A stretch of 64,000 nucleotides of DNA from an uncultured Chlamydiae bacterium (GCA_963713615.1 CAVQMM010000001.1:1440001-1504000), one strand, 5' to 3'; positions 31,222 through 43,786 are shown, counted from the first letter of the stretch. A program made the numbers and translations. Notes: generated by a model from the letters alone, not told the origin.

Positions 31222-31620
31222 ATGATGAGCGAGAAAAAAATAAAAGGAACTTGGGTGGATCGCCTCTAGTAAAAAAGACCTCATGGAATTTCCCTTGGAT
31301 GTTCGGAAAGAGATGGGTCATGCTTTGTATATCGCACAGCAAGGGGGCAAGCATAGAGACGCTAAACCCCTCAAAGGCTTTAACGGAGCGACTGTTCTGG
31401 AGGTTGTGCAGATGATGGCAATGGCACATATCGCACAATGTACACAGTCCAATTTGAAGAGATTGTATATGTGCTCCATGCCTTTCAGAAAAAGTCCAAG
31501 ACAGGCATTAAAACACCCAAACAGGATATGGACTTGGTGGAAAAAAGGCTTGCTGCAGCAGAACAAATGCACGAGGAATGGCTGACACGCCAAAATAAAA
31601 AAGGTAACAAAGATGGCTAG
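31222..31620 (+). pseudogene. RelE/Gp49-like toxin with two frameshifts
   Basis: W.ASSKKDL.EFP...AKPLKGF in one frame, YVLHAFQKKSKTGIKTP in another. Confidence 0.8.
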
Positions 31621-32011
31621 AAAGAAGCAGCAACACAGTGAAGAGACGGAATTGGAGATGAGTGGCGGCAATGTCTTTTCCGATCTCGGCATTGAAAATC
31701 CAGAGGAAGAGCTGACCAAGGCCAAACTTGTGTGGGAAATCGAACAGATCATTAAAGAGAAAAAACTAACCCAAGTGGAAGCTGCTAAATTTATGGGCAT
31801 TAATCAGCCAAAAGTGTCTGCCTTAATTCGTCGAAAACTCGATGGATTTTCTGTTGAGCGCCTGATTCACTTCTTGAATGCCCTAGGACAAGATATCGAC
31901 ATCGTTGTCAGACCGAAGCCACCGGGTCGCAAGAAGGCAGTCATCAACGTCTACCATGCGCCCCATTCCGAACCCTCCTGTAAAATCCCCATTGCTGCAA
32001 AGGGCTGTTGA
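31613..32011 (+). CDS. XRE-family (HTH_37-type) antitoxin
   Basis: SGGNVFSDLG, LTQ.EAA...GI.QPKVS, FSVERL motifs. Confidence 0.85.
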   Translation: MARKKQQHSEETELEMSGGNVFSDLGIENPEEELTKAKLVWEIEQIIKEKKLTQVEAAKFMGINQPKVSALIRRKLDGFSVERLIHFLNALGQDIDIVVRPKPPGRKKAVINVYHAPHSEPSCKIPIAAKGC

Positions 32012-32739
32012 ACTCATGTTATCAGCGACATCCTCACATGCCCTCTAACAATAATTATAAAGCAAGAAGATCATTAACGCACCTCGAAGTTCTGCAAGAA
32101 AAAAACGCTGCACAAAGCTATCGAATAAGCACGACATCGATTTGAAACTAATCCGGATGGCGGACATGACCAAAGACTGCTCACTACTTAGTAACATCAT
32201 TAATGAGCTCTTCACTGACATTGCAAAGGTCAAAACCACATGGGAAATAATAAGAGAACTTAATCCCCATTTTGAGCCGGTTTCAGAGGACAACTGGCGT
32301 GGAAAGGAAGCTTGTTTTTGGCTTCATGGAGAGACCCGAGTAATGGAAGCAAATAAATTGGAGCAATGGCTTTGCATTAGTCCACCTGTTTCCGAGACAG
32401 CCAAAAGCTCTGCAGTGAAGCACTACAGGAGTTGGTGTGAGCATAGTCTGAAGGCCAGCTTATCGCCCCGCTAGTGGTTTTGCACGAGCAAACGATGTTT
32501 TGGCTGGGACGGGCAATGCGCCCAGAGAGAGAGAGTCGACTTCGCCATTATCTACCTAAACGGCGCTTCAAAGCTTCTGACAAGGCATCATGAAACCCTT
32601 GATACCTTATTGAAATATAGGCGAAGAGGTGAGCAACGCGTTCATGTCGAACATGTTCACGTTCATGGCGGAGGACAAGCGATCGTCGGAACTGTCACTA
32701 CCGAGGGTGGGACTAATAAAAAATCTGAGGAGGGTCCTC

Positions 32740-33000
32740 ATGCAAAGGTGTAAAGCAAAGTCAAAACGTAGCCAACAACAGTGTAAAAACTATGCGCTAA
32801 GAAGCTCTACCGTCTGCCGCGTGCATGGTGCTCGTGGTGGACCAAAAAGCCAAAAAGGGCTCCAAGTCTGTAAGAAAGCTCCTTATAGGCATGGTTTCTA
32901 TAGCAAAGAGATGATTGCGGAAATGCGATCCCTCAGGCGCTTCCAGAAGTGCAACGCCCTGGATTACGGAAAACTCCCTGGGTATATTGATGATTTGTAA
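32740..33000 (+). CDS. HGGxSTG-like small protein
   Basis: RCKAKSKRS..QC......VCRVHGA..GPKS...HG.YS. Confidence 0.6.
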   Translation: MQRCKAKSKRSQQQCKNYALRSSTVCRVHGARGGPKSQKGLQVCKKAPYRHGFYSKEMIAEMRSLRRFQKCNALDYGKLPGYIDDL

Positions 33001-33058
33001 AATCTGTTGGCGGTTACAGTGAAAGACAGTATATTGCTTTCTTCCAATGAATCATTAG

Positions 33059-33812
33059 GTGAATGTGGAAACAAATTTTAGCGACTATATCGTGTATGCG
33101 GATGAAAGCGGTGACCACAGCCTTAGCACATCCGACGAAGACTATCCTGTGTTCGTGCTGGCGTTCTGCCTATTCAAAAAGTCCGAATACGCTGAGGTCA
33201 CTTTGCCTCAGCTGAGTCAGATTAAGTTCCAATTCTGGGGCCACGATGCGGTAGTCTTGCATAGCCACAAAATTCGCAAGCAAAAGGATGACTTTGCCGT
33301 TTTGGGCAACCGACGTACTCATGAACTTTTCGTTGAGCAAATCAATAACCTCATATCGGCATCACCCTTTTCTATTGTCGCGACGGTCATTGACAAGCGT
33401 CGTTTAATAAGCAGATATGCCAAGCCAGCTAATCCGTATAACCTGGGGCTTTTGTTTTGTTTGGAACGGACCAGCAAGTTCTTAGCTGAACACGGACAGA
33501 AGGAGCGCCTCACCCATATAATTGTAGAAGCGCGTGGAAAAAAAGAAGACACTGAACTGGAATTGGAGTTCAGACGGATCATAGCCAAAGACCCAAGCCT
33601 AGCAAAGTTTGAACTCGTCTTCTCTGATAAAAAGGCAAATGGGACGGGCCTGCAAATTGCCGACCTGATCGCCCATCCAATTGGCAAGCGTGTGAATTGG
33701 CAAGCGTGTGATTAATCCAGATAAGCAGAACAGAAGCTTCGAGATCGTAGAAAAAAAATTCCACAAGTATCCCAAATACCAGGGCAAGGGCCTCAAAATT
33801 TTCCCTCTCTAA
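33059..33812 (+). pseudogene. DUF3800 protein frameshifted by a 16-bp tandem duplication
   Basis: YADESGDH and LQIADL.A.PIG motifs; AATTGGCAAGCGTGTG occurs twice at 33679-33710; removing one copy restores ...GKGLKIFPL*. Confidence 0.85.
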
Positions 33813-33813
33813 C

Positions 33814-33870
33814 AAGCGAAAGGCCCCGGTATACACCGAGGCCAGACGCCGACCGGGAATCCCCAATCCT
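33814..33870 (+). ncRNA. DUF3800-associated structured RNA motif (candidate)
   Basis: GC-rich GGCCCCGGTATACACCGAGGCC hairpin plus downstream ACCGGG complementary to CCCGGT, directly after the restored stop. Confidence 0.6.
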
Positions 33871-33963
33871 TATTACCATTGTATAACGAGGAGCGATAAA
33901 ATTCCAGAAAATTTCTCTCGCCTCTCTCGCCTAGTGATTTATGGTCGTTAGCCTAATAGTTCT

Positions 33964-34152
33964 TTGATTTTTTATCAAACTGAGGACGGCCAGACCCGGA
34001 TTGAAGTTCGCCTTGAAGACGAAAGTGTGTGGTTAAGCCAGAAACACATGGGCGAATTGTTTCAAAAAGATGTCAGAACGATCAACGAACATATTCAAAA
34101 TATTTATGCTGAAGGAGAACTGATCGCGAATTCAACTAGAAAATTGCTTTGA
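33964..34152 (+). pseudogene. RhuM-family N-terminal fragment
   Basis: YQTEDGQTRIEV..EDE.VWLSQ..M.ELFQ...TINEHI.NI. Confidence 0.75.
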
Positions 34153-34292
34153 TTGGAGAGTTGATCATGACTAGGACGAGATATGACTCACTGCGTAGCA
34201 ATGCATTTTTAGGATTGCCGTAATAAGGAAATAAAAATCCACTTTCAAACGATTCAGAAAAACGAGAGCGAATCCCCTTCGTTTAAAATTTC

Positions 34293-35667
34293 TTGTATGT
34301 TACACAAAAGATACCATTTACCCAAAGTAAAACAAGGTCTCTTATGACACAAATGACTGATATCTGTCCTTTACAGAAAAAATCTAAGATATCAGTGGAT
34401 ATGAATTATGTCACCACAATTATTCTCGCGGGTGGAAATGGTACACGGCTTGAGCCTCTTACAAATACTCGCTGTAAACCCGCTGTTTGCTTTGGAGGAA
34501 AATATCGTTTGATCGATATTCCTATATCGAATGCCATTCATTCGGGTTGCTCTAAAATTTTCGTTATTTCCCAATATCTTTCGTCTTCTCTTAACCAGCA
34601 CATCTTTAACACATATCATCCAGGCGCATTTTCTTCAACTGCTATTGAGCTTATATCAGCAGAACAAAGACACGCGCAAAAATCATGGTTTCAGGGAACG
34701 GCGTGTGCTGTTCGACAAAATCTGCATTACTTCACTGAAACTTCTGCAGAGTATTTTCTGATTTTGTCTGGCGATCAGATATATAATATGGATTTCCAGC
34801 ACCTGATGAATTTTGCAAAAGAGACTAATGCCGATCTCGTCATTGCAGCATTACCTGTGAATGAGGAAGATGCAAAGCGGATGGGGATTATGAAGGTGCA
34901 TCCAGACTACTCTGTTGCTGAGTTCCATGAGAAGCCTCAAGAACAAGAACATTTAAATAGTTTGCGTCTTCCTTTATCCACTTTGGAACAGATGATGGAT
35001 GGAGAGATTGGGAATCGGCAATTTCTTGGTTCGATGGGAATTTATGTATTCAAACGGCAGGCATTATTAGACTTGCTGCAATGTGATGCTCGAGAAGACT
35101 TTGGCAAACATCTGATTCCAACTAAAGTGAGCCAGGGGAATGTTGTGGTTTACCCCCACAATGGCTACTGGGAAGATATCGGAACAATAGAATCTTTTTT
35201 TAAAGCCAACATCGCATTGACGGCATCTACCTGATTTCAATTGTTGCGAACAAAAAAAACATATTTTCTTCAGGCAGCATTACTTGTCAGCTCCCAAGAT
35301 TGTTAACTCATCGATTATGAATTCCATTATCTGCGAAGGATCTTTTGTGGAAGCAGCTGAGGTGACAAAGAGTATTATTGGATTGCGGTCGATCGTTAAG
35401 CAAGGTTCTATCATTAGGAATAGCTATATCATAGGTAATGATTGCTATACTTCTTCCACTCAATCACAAAGTTCAAATTCTCCTTCAATTCGAGAAAACT
35501 GCATCATCGATCACGCTATCATCGATAAAAATGTTCACATAGGAAAAAACGTGCAGTTGATTAACAAAGATAAACTATTGAACTTCAGCAGCGATAAAAT
35601 TTGTATTCGAGATGGGATTATCGTTGTCCCTCGTGGAGCTCATCTACCGGATGGATTTATTTTATGA
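34293..35667 (+). pseudogene. glgC: Glucose-1-phosphate adenylyltransferase, one frameshift near 35230
   Basis: ILAGG.GTRL.PLT..R.KPAV.FGGKYRLID, WFQGTA, DFGK, YWEDIGTI; C-terminal domain in ORF 35284-35667. Confidence 0.9.
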
Positions 35668-35690
35668 TGGCAAATTATGGAAGAAATTAG

Positions 35691-36338
35691 ATGAAAAAAT
35701 CGAATGCAATTACCCACTTGTTTTTGGATATCGGCGGTGTTCTGCTCACCAATGGTTGGGATCATCATGCCCGCAAGCGGGCAGCAACAAGCTTCAAGTT
35801 GAAGTGGGCAGAGATAGAGGCGCGGCATCATTTGATTTTTGAAACCTATGAAGAGGGAAAGTTTACGCTGGAAGACTACTTGAGTCTGGTTATCTTCTAT
35901 AAAAAACAACCGTTTACAAGAGCTCAATTTCGAAGTTTCATGTTTGCACAGTCTAAGCCATATCCCAAAATGATCGATTTGGTGTGTCAGCTTAAAATAA
36001 AATATGGATTGAAGATTGTTGTGGTCAGCAACGAAGCAAGGGAATTAAATGCACATAGGATTCGGAAGTTCAAGTTAGATGAATTTGTGGATTCTTTTGT
36101 TTCGTCTTGCTTTGTCCACGTCCGCAAGCCCGACGCAGAGATCTTTCGACTTGCGTTGGACATCGGTCATGCACAAGCCGAGCAAATAGTCTATATAGAA
36201 AACACCCCGATGTTTGTCCAGATCGCGGAAGGATTGGGGATCCGAAGCATTCTTCACACAGATTACAAGTCCACATGCGAAAAACTGGCTTCATTCGGAT
36301 TTCAGACTGACGAAGGAGCCATCTATGAAACCAGCTGA
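35691..36338 (+). CDS. HAD-family phosphatase
   Basis: FLDIGGVLL and RKPD..IF motifs. Confidence 0.85.
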   Translation: MKKSNAITHLFLDIGGVLLTNGWDHHARKRAATSFKLKWAEIEARHHLIFETYEEGKFTLEDYLSLVIFYKKQPFTRAQFRSFMFAQSKPYPKMIDLVCQLKIKYGLKIVVVSNEARELNAHRIRKFKLDEFVDSFVSSCFVHVRKPDAEIFRLALDIGHAQAEQIVYIENTPMFVQIAEGLGIRSILHTDYKSTCEKLASFGFQTDEGAIYETS

Positions 36339-37539
36339 AAAACGTATCCTGACGATTAATGGCGGTTCATCGAGCATCAAATTCGCGGTGTTCGATGCGG
36401 CAGGCCCGCTTAATCGGATTCTAGGAGGCAGCATTGACCAGATTGGATTGCCGAATACCACCTTGCGTGTGAAAGGCTTGAGCAAGGCGGACAACTTTTC
36501 GCGACCGGTGGAGGCACAGAACCATACTGTTGCGGTGGCCACCCTGATGGACTGGATTGAGGAACGCTGCGGGAAGGATGGATTGACCGCGGTAGGACAT
36601 CGAGTGGTACAAGGTGGACCGAAATATAGCAATCCGCAGCGAATTACTGAGGAAATGGTTGAAGAGTTGCGTCAGCTTAGTTCTTTCGACCCTGAGCATC
36701 TACCGGAAGAAATTCTGTTAATCAAAGCGTTTCATCGCCGATTTCCTGACTTACCACAAGTGGCGTGTTTTGACACCGCTTTTCATCATGACCTGCCGTG
36801 CGTAGCTAGGTTATTACCGATTCCACGTCGTTATGAATCTCAGGGAGTGCGACGGTACGGATTTCACGGATTGTCGTATGAGTTTTTAATGGGAGAACTG
36901 GCCCGCTTGGCCGGATCTGAAGCTGCACAAGGCCGAGTCGTCCTCGCTCATCTAGGCAATGGCGCAAGCCTGGCTGCGGTGCGACATGGCAAATCCATGG
37001 ATACAAGTATGAGTTTCACTCCGACAGCTGGGGTGCCAATGGGAACCCGTTCAGGAGATCTTGATCCCGGACTGGTTTGGTATCTATCGCGCACTGATGG
37101 CATCGATGCAAAACAATTCAATGAGATGGTCAATTTTAAGTCTGGGCTGCTCGGTATATCAGAAACTAGTTCTGACATGCGTGAATTGCTTGATCATGAA
37201 ACTCAGGATGTAAGAGCTGCTGAAGCGGTCGCACTGTTTTGCTATCAAGTTAAAAAATGGATCGGTGCATTCGCAGCGGCGTTGGGTGGAATAGACACGC
37301 TGATCTTCGCTGGCGGTATTGGAGAGAATGCACCCATTGTCCGCTCCCGAATTTGCGAGGGACTCGGATTCCTTGGAATAGAACTCGAAGAAAAACAAAA
37401 CGCAACAAATGAAGGTGTGATTTCTGCGAATGCCAGCCGGGTCTCTGTCCGTGTCATTCATACGGACGAGGAATGGATGATTGCTCACACAGTTTGCGGC
37501 GTTTTGGGTTTTCGAATTGAAAATAAAAAAGATGTTTGA
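36325..37539 (+). CDS. ackA: Acetate kinase
   Basis: [45 protein letters not shown] motifs. Confidence 0.93.
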   Translation: MKPAEKRILTINGGSSSIKFAVFDAAGPLNRILGGSIDQIGLPNTTLRVKGLSKADNFSRPVEAQNHTVAVATLMDWIEERCGKDGLTAVGHRVVQGGPKYSNPQRITEEMVEELRQLSSFDPEHLPEEILLIKAFHRRFPDLPQVACFDTAFHHDLPCVARLLPIPRRYESQGVRRYGFHGLSYEFLMGELARLAGSEAAQGRVVLAHLGNGASLAAVRHGKSMDTSMSFTPTAGVPMGTRSGDLDPGLVWYLSRTDGIDAKQFNEMVNFKSGLLGISETSSDMRELLDHETQDVRAAEAVALFCYQVKKWIGAFAAALGGIDTLIFAGGIGENAPIVRSRICEGLGFLGIELEEKQNATNEGVISANASRVSVRVIHTDEEWMIAHTVCGVLGFRIENKKDV

Positions 37540-37552
37540 AAGGAGCATTGTT

Positions 37553-39966
37553 ATGAAGGTTAAAAATGGAGTTAAGGAAGACATTGCTGCGGAAATGATA
37601 AATAATCCGTTGTCTCCTGATTTGCTGCAAAAGATAAACGCCTATTGGCGTGCTGCTAATTATCTCTCGGTCGGCCAGATTTATCTCTATCGACAATCCC
37701 CTGTTGAAGGAACCGCTGAAATTATCCCACGTGAAGCCTCTGGTGGTAGGACACTGGGGCACAACGCCGGGCCAGAACTTTATCTATGTACACCTAAACC
37801 GGGTGATCAAGAAGTATGACCTAAATATGTTCTATATCGCCGGTCCCGGTCACGGCGGTCCTGCTCTGGTGGGGAATGTCTACCTCGAAGGCACCTATAC
37901 CGAGATTTATCCAAACATCACCCAGGACGAAGCCGGGATGAAAAAGCTGTTCAAACAATTTTCGTTTCCTGGAGGGATTTCCAGCCATGTTGCACCTACG
38001 ACTCCGGGGTCGATTCACGAAGGGGGTGAGCTGGGCTATTCACTCAGCCACGCATTCGGTGCCGCGTTCGATAATCCCGATTTGATTGTGGCTTGCATCA
38101 TCGGCGACGGTGAAGCAGAAACTGCCTCTTTGGCAACCGCATGGCAGTCCAACAAATTTCTCAATCCAATTAGCGATGGCGCCGTGCTGCCAATCCTGCA
38201 TCTTAATGGGTATAAGATCAGCAATCCAACTGTCCTGGCCCGTATCGAGCCAGAGGAATTGGAGCAATTCTTTCGAGGCTGCGGATGGACACCTTATTTT
38301 GTCGAAGGTGATGATCCGGAAAAAATGCATCAACTCATGGCCAGTACCTTGGAAAAAGCTATTGAAGATATCCGGCAAATCCAAGGCAATGCACGGAGCA
38401 AGAATGACACCACTCGGCGACGATGGCCTATGATCGTCCTCAAATCACCAAAAGGTTGGACGGGACCGAAAGTAGTCGACGGATTGCAAATCGAAGGCAC
38501 CTTCCGGGCACACCAGGTGCCGCTTCTGGTGGATGCCAAGCATCCCGATCATGTCAAGTTACTTGAAGAATGGATGAAAAGCTACAAAGCTGAGGAGTTA
38601 TTTGATGAAAATGGACGTCTGCGAGCGGAATTGGCCGAACTTGCGCCCAAGGGCGAACGACGCATGGGAGCAAATCCCCACGCCAACGGTGGCATTTTGC
38701 TGCGCGACTTGGAAATGCCGGACTTCCATAACCATGCGTTGAATGTCTCTTCGCCTGGTGCCATTGAAGGAGAAGATACGCTCGTATTGGGTAAGTTTCT
38801 GCGTGACGTCGCCAAGCTGAATCAAAACCCACGCAATTTCCGTGTCTTCGGTCCTGATGAGACACTCTCGAATCTCTTGGGTGCTGTTTTTGAAGTCACC
38901 AACCGTCAGTGGGACGCCAGGGAAGTAAAAAATGATGAATTTCTTGCGCCCAACGGAGGCGTCCTGGATTCGATGCTCAGTGAAAACCAGTGCGAGGGTT
39001 GGTTAGAAGGTTATCTGTTAACCGGACGACATGGGCTTATTCAACAGCTATGAGGCGTTCATTCGCATCATCGATTCGATGTTCAGCCAGCATGCCAAGT
39101 GGCTGAAGGTATGCTTGGAACTGCCCTGGCGCCGGAAAATTTCATCGTTAAACTACCTGCTTGCTTCTCACGTTTGGCAGCAAGACCACAACGGCTTTAC
39201 ACACCAAGATCCTGGTTTTCTCGACCACGTCATCAATAAGAAAGCCGATATCGTGCGCGTTTATCTGCCTCCAGACGCCAACTGCCTGTTGTCTGTGTTT
39301 GATCATTGCCTGCGCAGCCGTAATTACGTCAACGTGGTTGTTGCAGGTAAACACCCTCTCCCTCAATGGCTGAACATGGATGCTGCGGTTGTGCATTGCA
39401 CGGAAGGCATTGGCATTTGGCAATGGGCCAGCAACGATCAGGACGCTGAGCCAGATGTTGTGATGGGCTGTTGCGGAGACACTCCTACGCTAGAAACATT
39501 GGCCGCTGTTTCCATCCTTCGCGAGCATCTGCCCGATCTGAAAATTCGCGTCGTTAATGTCGTCGATCTGATGAAGCTTCAGCCTAAAAGCGAGCATCCG
39601 CATGGATTAAGCGAAGCGGATTACGATTCGCTCTTCACAAAAGACAAGCATATCATCTTTAACTTTCATGGATATCCCTGGCTAATCCACCGGCTGACCT
39701 ATCGCAGGACCAACCAAAATCTGCACGTTCGGGGATACAAGGAAGAGGGCACGATCACGACAGCCTTTGACATGCGAGTGCAAAACGATATTGACCGGTT
39801 TCATCTGGTACAAGATGTGGTTGATCGGCTGCCTCATTTAGGATCAAAAGGCGCCTATCTGAAGCAGATGATGCAGGACAAGCTCATTGAGCACAAACAT
39901 TACATTGATAAGCATGGTCAAGACATGCCGGAAATCCGAAACTGGAAATGGGGTGCTCAAAAATGA
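37553..39966 (+). pseudogene. xfp: Xylulose-5-phosphate/fructose-6-phosphate phosphoketolase, two frameshifts
   Basis: [50 protein letters not shown]; shifts near 37690 and 39035. Confidence 0.9.
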
Positions 39967-41001
39967 ATACCCAAGAGCTTATAAACACTGCTATTGCCCT
40001 GGTCGCCTGTGATAAAGGCTTATTGGCGATGGATGAAAGTAATCCAACTTGCAATAAACGATTTGCCAGATTAGGGATTCCCCAGACCGTGGAAGCTAGG
40101 CGATCATACCGGGAATTGATTGTGACTACACCTGGTTTAGGTGAGTTTATCAGTGGCGCTATCCTTTATGATGAAACTATCCGTCAGTCCACGAAAGATG
40201 GCATTCCTTTTATTAAGGTCATTACTGATGCAGGGATCATTCCCGGCATCAAAGTTGACACGGGTGCAAAGGATATGGCAGGCCATCCCGGAGAAAAAAT
40301 AACTGAAGGTCTTGATGGGTTGCGCGATCGACTTAAGGAATATTACCAAATGGGCGCCCGTTTTGCTAAGTGGCGCGCTGTTATTGCAATAGGCGATGGC
40401 ATCCCTAGCAGAGGATGCATTGAGGCTAATGCGCAGGCGTTGGCACGCTATGCCGCATTATGCCAGGAGGAGGGATTGGTACCGATTGTCGAGCCGGAAG
40501 TGCTCATGGACGGAGAGCATACCTTAGAGCATTGCTTTAAAGTAACGGAAGAAGTTCTACGAACAGTTTTCAATCATCTTTATTCACAAGGAGTGATGCT
40601 AGAAGGTATGCTTTTGAAGCCCAACATGGTGCTTCCGGGATTAACCTGTCCCAAACAAGAAACTGTTGACGAGGTAGCCGATGCTACGGTGAGATGTCTC
40701 TTGCGAACTGTCCCAGCAGCCGTTCCTGGCATTATGTTCTTATCGGGCGGTCAATCTAGTGAACACGCTTCAGCCCGCTTGAATGCGATGAATGCTCAGA
40801 TTCAAGTCAAAACTTCCTTGGGCTTTGTCATTTTCTTTTGCCCGTGCCATCCAACAACCTGCTTTAGAGATTTGGCAAGGCAAGGAGGCAAATGTATTAG
40901 CAGCACAGCAAGCTCTGTATCATCGAGCCAGATGCAACCAGGCTGCACGACGCGGCGAATACAATGCCATGTTGGAAAAAGATATGAGGATGGATTTATG
41001 A
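39963..41001 (+). pseudogene. Class I fructose-bisphosphate aldolase, one frameshift near 40797
   Basis: KGLLAMDES, FAKWR, PIVEPEV, LKPNMV, FLSGGQ; PW.LSFSFARA.Q tail lies in ORF 40792-41001. Confidence 0.9.
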
Positions 41002-41774
41002 GTTCATCAAATCGGAAACCTGTGATCGCAGGTAATTGGAAAATGCACAAGACAATTGAGGAAGCAGTGAGTTTTGTGCAGGAACTGATCCCATTAATCC
41101 AGAATACTCAAGCTAAAATCTATATCGCTGTTCCCTATACAGCACTTCGTTTTGCTGCTGATGCAGCCAAGGACTGCCCTATTGTCATAGGAGCAGAAAA
41201 CATGAGTGATGAAACGGAAGGCGCTTTCACCGGAGAAATTTCAGCAAATATGTTGAAAAATGCAGGAGCACAGTTTGTTATCTTAGGCCATTCTGAGAGG
41301 CGTCACATTTTTAATGAGACTAATGCTTTCATCCACAGCAAAGTCAAAAGAGCTATTTCTGAAAATATACAAATTATCTTTTGCCTCGGTGAAACAGAAC
41401 AAGAGCGCAAAGCTAAAAAAACAGAAGAAGTACTCACTCAGCAATTGGAGGAATCCCTAGGCGATATTGCGGCAGAACAGATGGCCGCGATTATTCTAGC
41501 TTATGAACCTGTATGGGCCATTGGGTCGGGTCATTCTGCTCTTCCTGAAGAAGTTCAAGCGATGCACCATTTTTGTCGTCAATGGGTGAAGCAAAAGTGG
41601 GGAGAAGAAACCGCTCAGAAAGTGATTATTCAGTATGGAGGCTCGGTGCATCCTAATGATGCAAAGGATTTTATGGAACTACCTGATGTGGATGGTGTTC
41701 TGGTAGGGGGCGCTTCCCTCACAGTCGAATCATTTAATAAAATTATTCATTATTCAAGTGTAGGCATTAGATGA
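40998..41774 (+). CDS. tpiA: Triosephosphate isomerase
   Basis: AGNWKM, GAFTGE, GHSERR, AYEPVWAIG, YGGSV, LVGGASL motifs. Confidence 0.93.
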   Translation: MSSSNRKPVIAGNWKMHKTIEEAVSFVQELIPLIQNTQAKIYIAVPYTALRFAADAAKDCPIVIGAENMSDETEGAFTGEISANMLKNAGAQFVILGHSERRHIFNETNAFIHSKVKRAISENIQIIFCLGETEQERKAKKTEEVLTQQLEESLGDIAAEQMAAIILAYEPVWAIGSGHSALPEEVQAMHHFCRQWVKQKWGEETAQKVIIQYGGSVHPNDAKDFMELPDVDGVLVGGASLTVESFNKIIHYSSVGIR

Positions 41775-43002
41775 AATCCAATGCTGATCAGCTCAAGACT
41801 TCCAAATTGAACCCGGAATCAAAACCCAATGCAAAGGATGATCTAAAAACTATTTCCATGCCGGAATTGGAGAAAAAATTGGGCTCGTCGTCGGAAGGAC
41901 TTACTCAAGCCGAGGCGCAGAAACGATTGATTCAATATGGACCTAACGAGATTGAAGAAAAGAAAACCAATCCTTTTCTTAAATTCCTTAGCTACTTTTG
42001 GGGTCCCATCCCTTGGATGATTGAAATAGCGGTGATTCTGTCAGGCGTGGTCCGGCACTGGCCGGATTTTTTCATCATTCTGCTTTTACTTTTTACCAAT
42101 GCTATCGTCGGATTCTGGGAAGAACGGCAGGCTGGAAATGCCATTGCTGCTCTGAAAGCCAAGCTGGCGATTAAGGCTCGAGTGAAACGCGATGGAAAGT
42201 GGGTTAATCCAGCGGCGCGTGAATTGGTGCCGGGAGATGTCATTCGGTTGCGCATGGGCGATATTGTGCCGGCGGATGCGCGTTTGTTAGAGGGCGATCC
42301 GGTGGAGGTGGATCAGTCTGCGCTGACAGGAGAATCGTTGCCAGTCACCCATAAATCCGGCGAAGCTGTGTTTTCCGGATCGATTATACGCCAGGGAGAA
42401 ATCGGAGCATTAGTATATGGCACTGGTGCGAATACCTATTTCGGCAAGACAGCACAATTAGTACAGGGAGCGCATACCGTCAGTCATTTTCAAAAAGCGG
42501 TTTTGAAGATTGGCGATTATCTGATTATTCTCGCAGTGGTTTTGGTTGCTCTGATTATTACTGTGGCGATCTTCCGTGGAGATCCGATCCTCACGACATT
42601 GCAGTTCGCCTTAGTATTGACTGTAGCGGCGATTCCTGTGGCAATGCCGACAGTCCTATCGGTTACGATGGCAGTCGGTGCGCGCCTACTAGCCAGAAAA
42701 GAAGCAATTGTTAGCAGGTTAGTGGCCATCGAGGAATTAGCAGGAGTCGATGTTCTGTGCGCGGATAAAACCGGTACGCTGACTCAGAACAAGCTGACAC
42801 TTGGCGATCCCTTCAGCGTGGATAATGTTAGCGCGGAACAAGTCATCCTCAATGCCGCGCTGGCGTCCCGCGCAGATAATAACGATATTATTGATCTGGC
42901 CGTTCTGGGCGGTTTGAAAAATAAAGATGCAATGAAAGGCTATCAGGTAATTCATTTCCAGCCATTCGACCCAGTGCATAAACGTACCGAGGCCACAGTC
43001 AA
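41771..43002 (+). pseudogene. Plasma-membrane-type H+ P-type ATPase, truncated at REP-A
   Basis: FWGPIPWMIE, LTGES, IPVAMP, DKTGTLT, PFDPV.KRTEA; ends abruptly at GGCTAGGGGTCAG. Confidence 0.9.
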
Positions 43003-43130
43003 GGCTAGGGGTCAGGGCTAGGGCTAGGGGTCAGACGTGACTTGTTGACTTGTTCACTTGTTCATCGTACGAGAAACCTTAGTTGAGCAATCCAGCGGAA
43101 TTTCTGACGAACAATCACGTCTGCCCCTAC
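43003..43130 (+). repeat. REP-A doublet with stuttered left end
   Basis: GGCTAGGGGTCAG-GGCTAG-GGCTAGGGGTCAGACGTGAC...CACGTCTGCCCCTA. Confidence 0.88.
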
Positions 43131-43489
43131 TAACATCACACCTTGGAGAGCTCTAGCACTACATCCATCTTGATCTCCAAGTCACCAAAAAATTCACTAA
43201 ACACATCTCAGAACAGATTCTTCAAGAAGTAATCCAGATGACCTCAAGCAATGTGGGGGGCAATTGCCGCGAAACTGTAACGATAAGTAATGGCTTTGAA
43301 TTGTCGCTTCACCGATGCGATAATTTAACGCTAGATTACAGATTGTCATATCGTGATACGACAATCCAGCAAGCACCCTGTAGGCACAATAAGTAGGATT
43401 GATTTAGTAGCCCAAACTGGGATATTTAGGACTGAGGGAAGTGATGAATGAGAAAAAGGTAAAAGAACTTAGATGGATGGCCGCTCTGG

Positions 43490-43520
43490 GGCTAGGGTCA
43501 GATATGACTTATTGACTTTT
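43490..43520 (+). repeat. REP-A half element
   Basis: GGCTAGGGTCAGATATGACTTATTGACTT. Confidence 0.75.
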
Positions 43521-43526
43521 GTGCAC

Positions 43527-43708
43527 AGCATCTGGCTGACGCCAATGCCTATCGCCGGGATAGACGTAAAGATGCTTTACTCCAACAGAATGGTTACATG
43601 GTTCTACGATTCTTAAGCGAAGATGTGGGTAAGCATCTTGATGATGTTTTGGATTCAATTCTTCGCGCCTTGACACATCAAAGTGCACTTCTAGAAGGCA
43701 AAACTTGA
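43527..43708 (+). pseudogene. DUF559/Vsr-like endonuclease C-terminal fragment
   Basis: QHLADANAYRRDRRKDALLQQNGYMVLRFLSEDV. Confidence 0.65.
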
Positions 43709-43786
43709 ATCTATTTGTGAGATAAAATATGGGAAGGTATTATATGAAAGTTCAATTATTGAAGATACGGTTAAGGATTTATTGGT

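Noticed and set aside
39948..41774. Aldolase-TPI fusion protein (608 aa)
   Set aside because: The linker is out-of-frame aldolase sequence; the true aldolase C terminus is in ORF 40792-41001 and tpiA has its own ATG at 40998
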